A stretch of 64,000 nt of DNA from Lingula anatina (lineage: Eukaryota; Animalia; Brachiopoda), in assembly GCA_051362555.1 (NCBI GenBank), contig CM120643.1:14978644-15042643 (forward strand), given 5' to 3'. The translations under genes were made by a program, and so were the position numbers. Shown piece after piece: positions 35,540-48,510 of this stretch (the stretch's first letter is position 1; the number at the start of each line of letters is the position of its first letter). The notes beneath the pieces were generated by a model that saw only the letters and a program-made list of their open reading frames with translations, had not been told where the DNA came from and did no database searches.

Positions 35540-38149
35540 GTAGGAGATGGCATACACAACAACCCAAGTGTGATAACAGACAAACAACAGGAGTCCTCGG
35601 TCAAGGAAACAGTACCAGTTGTCAAGGCAACAGAACCAGTGGTCAAGGCAACGGAACCATCTTTCAAGCAACCCGCACCTATGTCTGGAACAATTCGCCA
35701 AAGAAATCCCAGTCTTACAACAGGAGAATTTTACAGAGGACAGGATGATTTGGTAAGACCATTGTTTGTGCCAGGCCCTTCAGAAAATGTATTTTACTAT
35801 AAGCAAAGAAAAAAGCAGTGATAATGTGGTGCAACTGACAGCTCTTGCTCATTTTTGAAGCCTCGTTTGTATAGTTAACAGAACACAATTAATAACCCTA
35901 AAGAAATAAAAGGATTTCTTTAGTGACCTATTGAAACCATCATACATTTTCTTCAGAACTGGGAAGATCTGGACAGTGTTACACCATTTGTGTTTGGCAA
36001 AGACCAGTTCAAGGTAACATCAGTTTCCATCAACCACAAGCGGGCCATCATTCCCACAGAGGAGGAAATCGGTCTGAATGAAAAAATCAAAGTTCCCAAA
36101 GCTAACTGTCAAAGGAAAAAGATGGCTGTTACAAGTAATTCTCAAGTCTTTAAGCCTCCTAACGACCCTGCTTCACTGAAGGTCAATCAACTGTTCTTCA
36201 AGTTTGGAGAGATGAGTGCTAAGGCTCTTAACATGTTTGCCCCAAATATCAAATGCTTAGAGATGGCTCTTATTCACGGAGAGGACTGGAAGAGTGGGTA
36301 TTTGAAGGAGGAGACTCGGGGTGATGTGGGTGGGGTTACCATTAGCGACAGCCTTGTAGGCGGGGTTCCTGCCAATAGCAGCAATGCCAAAGAAAATGTT
36401 GCCAGTACGGATGTCGGCCATACTTCTCAGGATGCACAGTCTTGTGAGCTTAAACCTCAAGAAGGCAAAGTCAAGAACAATACAGATATTGCTAGTGAAA
36501 AAGTGTTTGACAGTTCTGAAATGGCCAAAGCAGTATGTATTTCTGAAACACAGTTACATCGTACTCCAGGAAAGTGTTTTGAGAAATCTGTGTGCGACAC
36601 AAATGATTGTGTCAAAACTGAAGAAAAGGTGATTGACAGTATGGAAAATGTCCCAGTGGAATTGAATGACGGCTCTCTGACAAATCTGGAGTCTGTGGCA
36701 GAGATCAGTACCGTCACCACTCCCCAAAAGGTGATTGACGTCTGTCAGGTCACACCAAAAGACAACATTGAAACCATTTTTGAAAACAAAGCTGACAGCT
36801 CTTGTTCTGGTCCTGAAAAAGAGAACGATAGCTTTGGTTCCACCCCAGAAAAACAGATGGACATCATGGAAACCACCATTGAAAATGGGCTGGATAGCTT
36901 TGATCCCACTCCTGAAAAAGAGATTGACAGTGAAGAAATTGCCCTTGAACATGAGATTGATAGCACTGTGATGTTTGAAAGCGACACAGCATCTGAAGAA
37001 GCTTGTAATGATGAAGAAGATGATGGTGATGTTTTAAAGGCAGAATCAAGTGTGGTAGATACAAAGTCTGCAGGAAAAGCAGGTAGATTATATATAAATA
37101 AGTTAAGCTTGGGGCTGTTGATACACACGAGTACACACATACGTGCTTTCACACACACAAACACATAGAATTACCAAACTTGTATTTAGAGTACTCAATA
37201 TATGTCCTAGAGTTTCGAGAATTAAATAATTAAAATGCACAGAAATGTAATGTAATCAATATTTATTATTACATTACATACATATTTATGTGTAAAACTT
37301 AATTTTGTTTCATTTGTGCAAACATGGTTAGGACACTAAGGAGTCTTTCTGATCTACCAACAAGCAGTTTTCTGTTCTTACTCATTCAAAAATAATAATG
37401 ATATTTTAAAAAGCAACTGAAAGCAAGTTGACTTGCATTAAAACAGGTTGTTTGAAAGACAAAAGCAATGAAAAGAAAAAGTCAAGAAAAAATCATTCAT
37501 TATTTATTTATTTCCAGGTTCCCGTGTGGTGATGGGTGGTAGGATATCATCAGGAAATGTGGCCGTCAGACCACCACTGTTCCCAGACAGTAGCCCTGGG
37601 TCAGTGGAGCGGGCAGTGGCACAGATGACCACTGGCTGTCAGGGCTCCATCGTCCGCAGAGAGAACTTTGCCAGGGCTGCTAGGAAGTTGTATGGGGAGC
37701 AAAGAACAGGTTTGGGTCACTTCTCTGTAGATGTTGACTTGCAGCAGATCCTTTTTCCTTTTCCTGCTGTTTGCTGTTTTGATGTATTAAGTGATTCCAG
37801 TTTGTTTGATGTTTCATTTTTTGTTGATAGGTTACATATTTTTCTTGCAATTCAGAAAGTCTTCTCTCCCTGTAAAATGGCATTTTAAAAAAGACGCGGG
37901 AATGCTGATTTAAAATTTATGTTTGAAATGGCATTTAATCCTTCAATTACAGGGCATTTGTTGTTAATAGAGTGTTCTTGAACAATTGTTTACGCTCATG
38001 TTTCTTTTCCAGGGTCTGTTTTCTCTGTAAAGAAAGAAACGAACTATTCCAGGGAATTTTTGATGGAACTGTCCAGAAGTCCACTGGCACAGGGGGAGCC
38101 ACAGGACTGGTGGCTTCTCAAGAGGATCCTGCCAGATATATGTTTTTAA
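26322..38149 (+). CDS. mxt: Mextli-like eIF4E-binding protein (MIF4G-like N-terminal domain, KH domain, C-terminal YxxxxL-phi 4E-binding motif), ~1028 aa
   Basis: join(26322..26415,27137..27268,28897..29075,29597..29931,30157..30218,30372..30443,30764..30821,31245..31308,31824..32129,32509..32580,32911..32955,35540..35752,35957..37082,37518..37709,38013..38149) = 3087 nt. All introns are GT-AG with consistent phase. Mextli-like segments: LEKPRPLK; LNLIFNTIRQAAKDQCLSSQARVLVMDVLEARARKW; KH GKVIGVAGARIKLIEGATDTIISI..ERDAIITA..AVELIE; YSVQVNLDQGQLTLSGKNLSLLEEAKNVIGNHF; C-terminal YSREFLMELSRSPLA. Confidence 0.85.
27404..28535. mobile_element. probable non-autonomous DNA transposon in a Mextli intron; an internally deleted relative lies at ~25170-25235
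   Basis: ATTAATATTTTTCAAA(A)GACACCTGTGGAAAAGTGATACGGT and GTGCGCTGAGATGA are contiguous at ~25175-25230 but separated by an insert at 27436-27551. Boundaries are approximate. Confidence 0.45.
33020..35398 (-). mobile_element. 5'-truncated, frameshifted non-LTR retrotransposon (LINE reverse transcriptase plus C-terminal CCHC), antisense in a Mextli intron
   Basis: ORF pieces carry GKAAGMD, NYRVISLL, VDFHKAFD, GARQGC, LFYADD, YKYLG and RLCELC..ESEEHVLKYC. The 3' end has a GGCC..GGCC stem, AATAAA and a (GAACTTT) tail. 12-bp TSD GGTCAATTATCA at 33008-33019 and 35399-35410. Confidence 0.95.
38045..38065 (+). other. canonical eIF4E-binding motif (YSREFLM) coding segment
   Basis: Y-x4-L-phi in the last coding exon, in frame with the spliced model. 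Confidence 0.8.
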
Positions 38150-40176
38150 CCAGGTAGTTTTGTTGACCCCAGGAAAATAAATTTTTATGGCTAAATAAAC
38201 AGTTGTTATCCCTTAAATATCAGTTCTACAGTTATAATTGTTGTTCTAAAGATAATTAACAACAAGTTAAATGGTTATGCAATGCCAAAAGCATTTTCTT
38301 TTTGTAAAATGACACAGTTAGTCCAGGTACATATAATTGCATTTGTCTAATAATATTTGTTATTGTTACTATTATTATTATGTATGCATGTAGTGATCAC
38401 TGTGTTAGTTGTCAGTAGTTACCTATTTATCTCAATTATTTAGAACATCTCTGAACAGCTACCTATAAATTAATTGCAGGAAATTTCTTTGATCGTTACA
38501 GGCAACTCCAGAAGTGTCTTTAGGAAGCATTGGCAAATCCCAACGTATTTGTATGGACCAGGCCAAGAAGTTGAAATGGTTGAACTTTGACTGCAGAGAG
38601 ATTTATTAGTTCAAGCTGCAGTGAAGAGCCAACGTAGACATGTTCATAAGGAGCTCTGCTGCCATCATACTGTTTATGCCATGAAGGTATTTTAAAGAAA
38701 TGGAATTTGCCAGAAGCCTGTTCTGATTTTTAAGAGCACCACAAGGTACAATTTCGAAAATCATCTGTTTTTGACACTATTGGCAGCAGAATTTGGATCT
38801 ATGTGGGGGCTTTTATAAAGGATTTGATTAATGAAGAATACTTAACTGCATGGGTAAGCAGTGGATTCTGAGATTTATGAATGCCATTTGTGATGCCATA
38901 GGGATGTTTTACTATCAGTTGTTAGTTGTTTTACCTCAGATTATGCCATACAAAGTCAGATTATGCCATACAAAGTCACAATGCTGGACGTTAGGCAGTT
39001 TTGAGTATCCTACTGCTGTCCCAACCCATGTTAAGTTAACTTTAAAACTTAAGAAGTGTTATGATTTACAGTAACATTTATGTAACATTTTGGACTGTAC
39101 AGATCTCAACTGGTGGTGCTATTTATTTTTCACTTTCAAAGTTTTTTTACATCAACATTATTTTAGAGGGGAAGCTCCAACTTTAAAAAATAACTTATTT
39201 TACCTATCACACAGATGTGCTGTGCTGATTTGGTTTCATGTCATAATTACTTGTGGACTTCTTTTGTGGTGAGACCCTCTTTCTACATTCGTATAGTAAA
39301 TGGCATTATTTTTTAAATTCATGTGTGTTTTTGATACTTGACAAGTTTTTGGTTTCCAGTTTATTTCTCAGGAATGATGTGTTTCATTTCTTGGACAAAT
39401 CATAACTGTGTTAATATGAAAATCCCATAAATAGTTAATACCCATCCTTATTCGAGATTGAATCTATTAAGGCTGTGATCTGTATATAGTAAAATTCTGA
39501 TTATACACACTTGCAGTTATTTTCACCAAACAAATAACAGACATGAAAAATTGTTTATTTACAAAAGCAATCCTTTCATATAAGAATTTCACATGCAAAC
39601 AGGTGAATGTACAATCATGCCCAGTTGCAGATATAGTCCCAGTCTTTCCTTACTGTTTGTCGAGCCAGTGTGCAACATCACATTTGCTTTCTTGACCAGG
39701 TAACAGTAGCTGAACTTGAAATAAATGCTTACTTGTGTTATGACGTGTCCTATAGTACATGCAGTAATAGTGCAGAAATGATGAAAAAATAAATCTATAT
39801 AAAATAGCCTAAATCCCAAACTGACCCACTAAGCTACAGTGTGGTCCTCGGTTTTGCAAACACATTAATTTGCCAAAGAGAAATATAACTGCAATCTGGA
39901 ATAAAAAAAAATGGTTTTGGTGAACGATCTTGCACACTGTGCCAAGAGATGACCATAAAGGCAAATCCTAATAATATTCATCCCATTAGTCGCAATTGGC
40001 TCAAATCTCAAATATTCTGCATGAAATACAATCAGACACTGATGGACGCTTAATACGGAAAATATTTTTGCTCGGAATTTGGCAAAGGTCACCAGATGAG
40101 CATGTAAAATGCCTGGCACATATCTTAGCCCTTGTCACCATTATATACATCAATCTGTAGAATAAGTCATTATTTT

Positions 40177-40223
<47 letters not shown>

Positions 40224-42031
40224 CACAAGACATTATACACATCCAAGACACAAGACTACGAAGATGAAAGCTGACGTGCAATTTACCTAAAAAATACTAT
40301 AACATTCATCAAGTACTGATATGATCATAATAATATCATTCACAAGCAATACAACTGGTGTTTTCCTAGAAACAATATTTCTTTCTCTAGGAAACCTGAT
40401 AAAAAATAAACACTAGGCAAGTCTTATTCCAGCATTTCATTTTGAATTTAAGTATCTTCCCATAAGCATAGGGGAACAGTATAAGTGAACATTACATGGA
40501 AATGGGTTGCTCTTCATTATACATGGTAGCTTAATATTGTTATTATATCAGTCACTAGTTCTCATATAGGTATACATCAAGTATATACAAATGTTTAAAG
40601 TAAAATACACAATTACATAGTCTAATCTTTAATGAAAGAGTAATAAAACCATCACTTCCTGATGATTAATTTCATTCCTCCCCATGCTCTATTCATGTGC
40701 CATAGAGAATAATGCATGACATATTTTATACAGATGCATATTGTTCAATTAGCTATGCTGAAAAAATGACTAGCAGTGAAATATCTTGAATAATAACATA
40801 TTATATATTCTGAAGGGGAACTCTACAGATATTAGCCCCCAGTAACGCATAAAAAACTATATTTTAGCAGCATACAACAAAATGAAAAAATTTCACCATC
40901 TTGGTGTTTAGAATGTAGGCAGAATGGCCTAAGCATAATCAACTTTTTAACTTCTCAAAGACGTAAAACAAACATTAAAAGCAAGTCCATCTCCTATACC
41001 ATGACACACTTCTCTAAAAAAATCTGGAGGCACCTCCCTCAAATTTCTGGGTACATTATGACTGAAAAGTTTGTTTACAGTACTTACTCAGTAATTAAAG
41101 TTTTTTTGTCAGAAATTTAATTAAACTCTGGCTTCAGAAGTTTTGAAAATTTTGACTACTTAATGTCAAAAATAACTGAAATGTTGTTGTGAATATCTGC
41201 CAATAATCAGTCTTGAATAAGTAAAATATCAGAAAAAATGTCTTTGAAAATTACCGTAATTTCAAAGTATTACATTAAATTCAAACCCACTGTATATCTA
41301 CGCCAAATGACCTACTTTCTACATACGGCATGCATGTATGTACAGAGGTCAAATCAGTTAATCTCTAAAATAAACAATATTCTCATGTAGTCTTCCATCC
41401 CTTTTATGTAACAAGGAAAAATTATTGATGTGTCAAAGTTTTTTTAAATTGAACATTTCGCAGCACTAAGCCTTTATCACAAGTAAAACAACCCCCTCCT
41501 CCATGACAATGTGACCATGATGCCCTCTATTGGCAATTCTTTTGTCAAACACATCTACATCAGGATTTATACACAAGGTTTTTAATTAGTTACGAACCCA
41601 TTCTGAACAAGTTCAATGCACTCACCTCACGCAGAAGCGGGATTGTAAAGAAAACATTCAAAATGACAAGATTTGCTGCTTATCACAGTACTGACAATAT
41701 ATATATCACCTATATCACCTATAACGGTGATTTCAGAGTCGAAAATGTGTAGAATAATTATCACCAAACAGATTTGTCAACAATACAGGAAATGAACTGT
41801 TTGGTATTAGAAATTTCATCATTATGAGCAATGATACTAACAGATCAATTTTCATCAGAATATGCTGAAGAACAATTTTGTTCAGCTTGCTCTACAGGTG
41901 TGAACAGATTAAACTGGTTCAACTTGGGTTCACGCAGAATCATTTAAAACGTGTCCAATGAGCACGTCTATGAATAGTCTGGTCCAAACCTCCATTCTTA
42001 ACATGCAGCCTATCTTGGCTTGTGCTGCCAC

Positions 42032-45000
42032 CTATGCAGGTCCTTCTACTGAACTGACCTTCATGCACACGAAGTACAGGGCACGGATAAGTAAAAGCAA
42101 TCCTGTAACGAAAGCACCTGAAACGAAAGAAAATGAAATAAATTCACTTATCTACTTCATGACAAAGATTGCAGGGATTTGTTTGAAATCATGTTTATTT
42201 GTGTTTGTACAAATAAAGAACCAAACATTAATATTTTGCTCTGTTAACAAACGTCAAATTGTCATGTCTAACATAAAAAAAATTATAAATTTTATGAAAC
42301 AATAGCACCGATTTGTTTGTTCATGTACAAGTCTTCACAAATTTTGGTCAAGTTTTCAGAACAGTTAGTTATGCAGGCAGTAAGTGACAACAATTTCAAC
42401 CAAAATCCAGTCTACTAATATCTTAAAAAATAATTTTTGCTTTTGTTATCCTTTTCAATAATTTCCAATATCCACAGAAATCTGCACAGACACAGTTCTT
42501 CCTAATTTAACACAATTCTCACCTATCCAAACAACATATAATCCTCCTTGGTGAGTTGCCATCTCATATGTTCCTACCTGTGAGAGAGAATTAAAGCAAT
42601 ATAATTTTCCTAAATAAACACGGACAACGAAAGAAAATTGCTTCAAAAATGATTTGCCTTTGAGAAATTTTATACTCAACACTTATATAATTTTTTGTGA
42701 GGATTTAAGTACTTTAGGGTATTTAAGACATACAAGCACATGTACAGTGTTCACCTATTCAGACACGCCCACACAAACACATACTTTCACGTGTACACAT
42801 ACTGTCGTGTATTCATAACAATTTGTATACCACGTACAAACTTGGGAATACCTTTCCAACCATATGGAAAAACACAGTAACATACACAAACTTACACATG
42901 CACACACACACAAACATGCACACACACACACACACACACAGCAGTGTACTTACGGTGACCCCAATGCCAGCTCCCAGGAAGATTAAGCCTATCAAGCCAT
43001 ATATAATTGCACGCGTTCTCGCAAAGCGAGGGCCAACAGAAGAACTGAAAAGAAACAAATAAGAATTCTGAGATCAAAACTTGTGCAAAAATCAGTGATA
43101 CTGGTTTCAACAGAATGGATGAGACGAAGGACTTTTCCGTAATTAGCTTTTCAAGGGAAGTTATAAACCAAAAACTTTAGTCTATTTTGATCCAAGGAAA
43201 CTCGGCAGCCGTCCACTTCAAAGCAATATTACAAATTCTCATTTCAAAAAAGAAAAGTCTAGTGTATTTGACTACATGTGGCCATTTCAGAGGCTTACTA
43301 CCAGTAGATCAAATATTTTGGTGTAACAAACAGACTAGTTTTCAGTCTAAATTTCTCTGTTCTAACTGGCCCAAGCACCAGAGTGATGAGGTTTAAAACA
43401 AATCGTTCACTTCACATTACAACTTTGTTCTTTAGAGAAAGTCTTCATGTCATACAGAAGACTAAGTTGTACTTTCTATTAGGGCCTCAGATTGATTTTT
43501 CACTAGATATTCCCAAATACTTATGTCTCTGGCACAATTCTCTGCTCTCACAAAAGAGGGTAATGAGTGCATCTAAATCTGATAACTGTCCAGAATACTC
43601 ACACTTTTCTACAGTGGGGGCACCGGGCCAGTGCGTTGTGGTGAATATTGAACTGAAATAAAAATGAGAAAAAATTTTACTTTATAATTCATGAATTTTT
43701 AACTCTAAATTTGCTAAATGCTACTAAAATTATGTTCACATGATATGATTCTTTCGGTTGGTTCATTGGTAATAACCCAAAATTTTTAATCCTTTTGTCT
43801 ATATGTGTCTCTCTGCTCACGCACACACGCACTCATCTCCAGGGCCGTAGCCTGAGCAAAATGCCAGGGGGGGCAGTAAGCGGACATGAGGGGGCGAAGC
43901 CCCCAAGGGGGGGGTGTCCCCCTATCACGATGTGGAAAATTCCAAATTCCAGGGGGGGCAGCTGCCCCCCCTGCCCCCCCGGAGGCTACGGCCCTGATCT
44001 CATGTATTTACCATTATATACAAGGGCAGATAAACAGACTGCACAGACTAACAAAAGTGACGAATAAAATGACAAACAACTGTGACACAGACAGACAAAT
44101 AGAACATCCAAAGACGACATTCAGATCAAGTTAATCTTACTAACTAACAGATCCGCAGATCAAATATGGCCGACCCACATTAAGCCAGAGCCGAATAATC
44201 CGCTAATGGTCTCCCTGCCTCCACACGCGCTGTCCTTGCAGCAGTCAAGCAATTAAATCTCAGAGCCGCAATTTAATCCGTTAAATGGTGCATGCAGGAG
44301 ACCATCAGCCGATTAGTTGGCCCCGTTTTATGTGGGTTGGCCATATTTGATCTGCAGATATGTTAGGCCGCATTCAAACTAGCATGAGGGTCAAATATGG
44401 CGACCCACTAAAAAGTATGCCATCTAATCCACTAATAGACACTGAATAGATGCCCCGTGGAGAAGTATTTGAGTGGGTTGGCCATATTTGACCCTCGAAC
44501 TAGTCAGTCCACTGTTCTGAATGTGGCCTTAGAGAGAGATTGAGAATACTGACCAGGAATGGCTCCGTGCAGTGACCACAGATGACTCTACTGGTGCCAG
44601 GGGGTCTGATGGACACTGTGGCGTTGACTGGACCCAGGTTGATGATCCTTTTACTGCAACATAATAACAATGTATTAACAAATAATATTCGAATGGTAAA
44701 TACTCCTTTTAGTGTAACATAATAGCAATGTATTAACAAATAATACTCAAATGGTAAATACTCCTTTTACTGCAACAAAATAACAATGTATTACCAAATA
44801 ATACTCAAATAGTAAATACTTCTTTTATTAGAAGAAAATAAAAGTTGGAATTACCCATTTTATATCAAAACAAATGCTCAAGATCTATTTTTAAGCTACT
44901 ATTAAAAAACACTAAATGATAAAGCACTGTATCTGTATAGGATCAAAATGAAATATTTTAAGCAGTGATTCCAAAAGTAAGGTCACTCTCATACTGAAAT

Positions 45001-47131
45001 TACTGGAACAAAGTAACTGGATTAGGAAGTAATGGTAAATACTCATTCCAAACCTTTTTTTTTTAAATTTATTCTTAAGTTACTATTAAAAATGACTCAC
45101 TGATAGAGTACCATATCTGTACGTGGATAAAATGATATATTTTAACCACTGACTAAAAAATAAGGTGAGTCTTTTACTGAATTACTGCATTACTAATATG
45201 ACATGGTTTACCTTACTGTTTTAATAACGAAATATAAACTGGAAGTCTTCCCATTTTGGGAAAAATGAACAGGAATTCTCTAATTCTTTAAAATCACTTA
45301 TACCAGTTTACGCTCAGGTGACACAGGAGATGTTTTATTGCACAAAATGTTAAACCAATTTAGGTCTATTTGGTACTAGTAATCAGGAACATATATAAAT
45401 ATATCTATATAAAAGACTATGTACAAATATATCTACACTACAGACTATGTACAATAAAAATGCAGACATCACCTCAGATTTCAACACATTTTCTAGTACT
45501 CTGGACAACTGCCAGGCATCTCTTTGCATCTCCATATTCATCAGTAAGTAAATCGGCAATAAATCCCCCAACATTTACATGACACCAGCCATTTCTTTCA
45601 GTTTTTTTTTTTTTTTTTTTTTTTTGCAGACCATTTCTTTCAGCTCTATTTTATTTATTCATTTATTTATTTATTTATTGGGCAGTGTTAAGTACAGCAG
45701 AAAGGGTACAGTCTTCTTTTTCTAATGTATTTATTGATTACATGCTCCAGATCAATACTTCAACCACAGACTATGCTGTGGGGCATGTATATTTTAGATA
45801 AAATTTCATGACCTGGCTTGAAAACTAATAGTAATGGAAAATGTTAATCATTTACTGACAGAAGAAATAAACAGCTTTTCTTCATACTGAACCAACCACA
45901 TACCCAACAAAGTTCAAAGATGAATATGATGATGCATGATCTGTTTACAAATATACATGTACTTTGTATTCTTTTTATCTTAAATAGTGCATAACTTATC
46001 TATTTTACTTCTTCTTGTATAACTTAAACATGTTAGGTTAAAGCTTGTGAAACAAATGTGGGGCAAGGTGATTTCAAGTGCAGTGGAGGACAAATTGCCA
46101 TTCCTTCTCCTCTTTGATAACAAAATAAATCTTACATGTGCTTAAGATGCAGAAGGCAAAAAAAAAAAAAAAAGATCCGACATATGTAACAGATGACCAG
46201 TTTCCCAATCTAAAGTAGAACCCTCAGTAAAACCCCACAGGCAAGGCTCCCCAGTGCCACTCAAATATTATGATTAATGGACACACTTTTGCATAGTACA
46301 AATTATTTATTGCTCTTCATATCTGAATTTGGATACTGTAACAGAGAATTATAAATTATAATTTGGGGGGTCAGGGAGGGGAAACACATTTATTGCTGAT
46401 ATATAAATCAAAATTTTTAGGCACTTACTAATAAGGGAATCCGCTTTGTTGGTTTAGAAAACGGATCAGGAGTAAGCACGAGGCACAGAAAAAAGAAATA
46501 AATTTTTCAATTCATCACCACCAAGCTATCTTAAAACAATAATCCACTTAATTTTCCTTTATTTCCATACTAGACTAAATGAACCTATGGAAGGCCTCAT
46601 GTCACCAACCTGTAAGACCTGGGGCAGATTATATACCTTATATTGTTTAGAAGTTATGTCTAAGATGTACCACCAATTTACCTGCCTGGATTGGCCATAT
46701 TTCACCTATCAATTAGGTTGGATCATATATATATATTCAGACATGAGCCTAGGTTTTAAAAAAAAATCTGAACATTTATTATGGGACCCAACGCCTATTT
46801 GGCCAGAGGTCCAGGGGCCGCTTTAGAATCCATGGAAAAAGCTCGTGTCTGTATATTTCCCTTACTGGTTAGGCCTAGGTTGAACTACTAGTTTCACTAT
46901 TTCACTTACCAGTTGGGCCTAGGACAGGCAATTCTCTGTGATGTCCCTTTGCATATCAGTAGACAGTTACACGGGCAGCGGACATATTTCTTCCCTGGGG
47001 GTGGTGGCTTGATGGGCTGAATCAAAAAGATAGTGAATGATTTTCAAGTCAAATACAAGAGGATTCTTGTTCAAGTATAATATGTATGGTTATGAAAGAT
47101 CACTAGAATTCCAGTATAGCTGTTAATTATA

Positions 47132-47165
<34 letters not shown>

Positions 47166-48484
47166 TTCCAACTTTATTCGACTAGGAAATGTACCAAATA
47201 ACATATGATGATAAGCCTTCCCCTATTCCATTGCCAGTGTCAATAAAATAACCTGTAAATTCAAATCAAGGACAGTCTGCAACATTAACCACCTGAACTA
47301 ACAACTCAGTAGATTTGGCATGGAGCTAATAGTAAAAATTGATTTTTTAAAATTACTGGTATATTCTAACTGGACAAGCCAAAATATTAACTTTCTATTT
47401 CGTTGAGGTGTACTAGTCCTAATGACCAGTGATCTGAAAGGTTTGCAGCACCAACCAAGTGAAAAAAAATGCACCAAGTAAGTGTAAAAAATTGCCATCT
47501 ACTCACCGTGGCCTCGTTACACGCCCCACATTTAACCACATGTTGGTGGAGTTTGCCCTCAATGCTGACTGGGGCCTGGCATACCTTGCAGTTGATGGTG
47601 GGGATCCCAGCAGGGCTGTAGGGAGGTGGGAGCTCATCTGGGCCTATAGGGGGCACTGTCACCACATTGCTTCCAACTCCTGCAAGACAAGGCCTCAAGT
47701 TGTTATTATCTATGTACAGTGTAACTTAGCTTGGTTAATGACTAAATGGGTTAGTTGATGAATCTAAAATTCAAGTGAAATAGCCTTTTTAATTGCATAT
47801 TAGACTAGTACTACCATAATGCAAACATGACATTAGTATGTCATTTGTAAGTGAAATAATGATGTTGAACTTACATTAGGAATTTTATTTCATTTCTACT
47901 TTTCTAGAATACAGACATACGCCTAATGAGGTCGAACTGACAAAGGAGACCACTTGAACTTTTTACAGTATCTGTTGCCAGTTAAAAAAGTGAAGCAATT
48001 TAAAAGATAGCCCAATAACCACGAGTAAAATCCCGTCTAGAAATTGTGAATTAATGATACATCATAGTCATACATACATGTACACGTTCTCAGTATTTAA
48101 CACAGGCAGAAAAGAAGAGTGCGATAAGCAGACAAAAAAGACACGTAAGAAAGGGTCAATTTCCAGGGCGATGACTCAGTCCAGTAAGACGGTGACAACT
48201 GGTCGTGCCAGGTCTGCGCTGGTCACTTCACTTTATCTGCTATGACTGATTTGTCATACGCACCAAGCACAGAGTTCCTCTTTAGCAAGGGGAAAGGTTA
48301 AGCAATTTGCTTTTATAATATAAGTACAAGGCAGGTACCTAGAAGCCTTTACTCTGTAATAGTCCTTTAATCACTTACCTAGCGTTCCCTGGCTTGGGTA
48401 TGGTGAATAAGCTGGCGGGGAGTCGCCAGTAGGCTGTTGTTCTGTCAAGAGGGGCGCCGTTTCTTCCGTCCGGTCATCCGCCAT
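42032..48484 (-). CDS. PIP4P1: phosphatidylinositol 4,5-bisphosphate 4-phosphatase (TMEM55A/B = PIP4P2/PIP4P1 family), 255 aa
   Basis: complement(join(42032..42117,42523..42577,42954..43044,43603..43652,44554..44653,46910..47016,47507..47679,48379..48484)) = 768 nt. Motifs: ETAPLL dileucine, [62 protein letters not shown] (CX5R), [14 protein letters not shown], and two C-terminal hydrophobic TM segments. The PIP4P1 versus PIP4P2 assignment is arbitrary (probably a co-ortholog). Confidence 0.95.
43840..43996. mobile_element. GC-rich MITE with 12-bp TIR and 5-bp TSD (ATCTC)
   Basis: ATCTC|CAGGGCCGTAGC ... GCTACGGCCCTG|ATCTC. Confidence 0.85.
44144..44504. mobile_element. two adjacent foldback (MITE-like) units sharing a TCAAATATGGC(C)GACCCAC core
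   Basis: Inverted repeats at 44144-44366 and 44378-44504. Confidence 0.7.
44647..44830. repeat. 58-bp tandem repeat (3+ copies) spanning the PIP4P exon 4 splice acceptor
   Basis: CCTTTTA(C/G)TG(C/T)AACA.AATA.CAATGTATTA.CAAATAATA at 44647, 44705 and 44763. Confidence 0.9.
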
Positions 48485-48510
48485 CTTGGTTTGATATCGA
48501 TCATGTGACT
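48478..48510 (-). promoter_or_regulatory. YY1-like site over the PIP4P start codon and an M-box/CLEAR-like E-box
   Basis: CCGCCATCTT at 48478-48487 and TCATGTGAC at 48501-48509. Motif match only. Confidence 0.4.

Noticed and set aside
36257-37164. Multiple antisense and alternative-frame ORFs over the large Mextli exon
   Set aside because: Shadow ORFs of a real plus-strand coding exon.
40179-40222. Long poly-A tracts (also 2076-2116, 47133-47163 and poly-T 35507-35537) as retrocopy tails
   Set aside because: No adjacent processed gene body or TSD was found, so I treated them as simple homopolymers.
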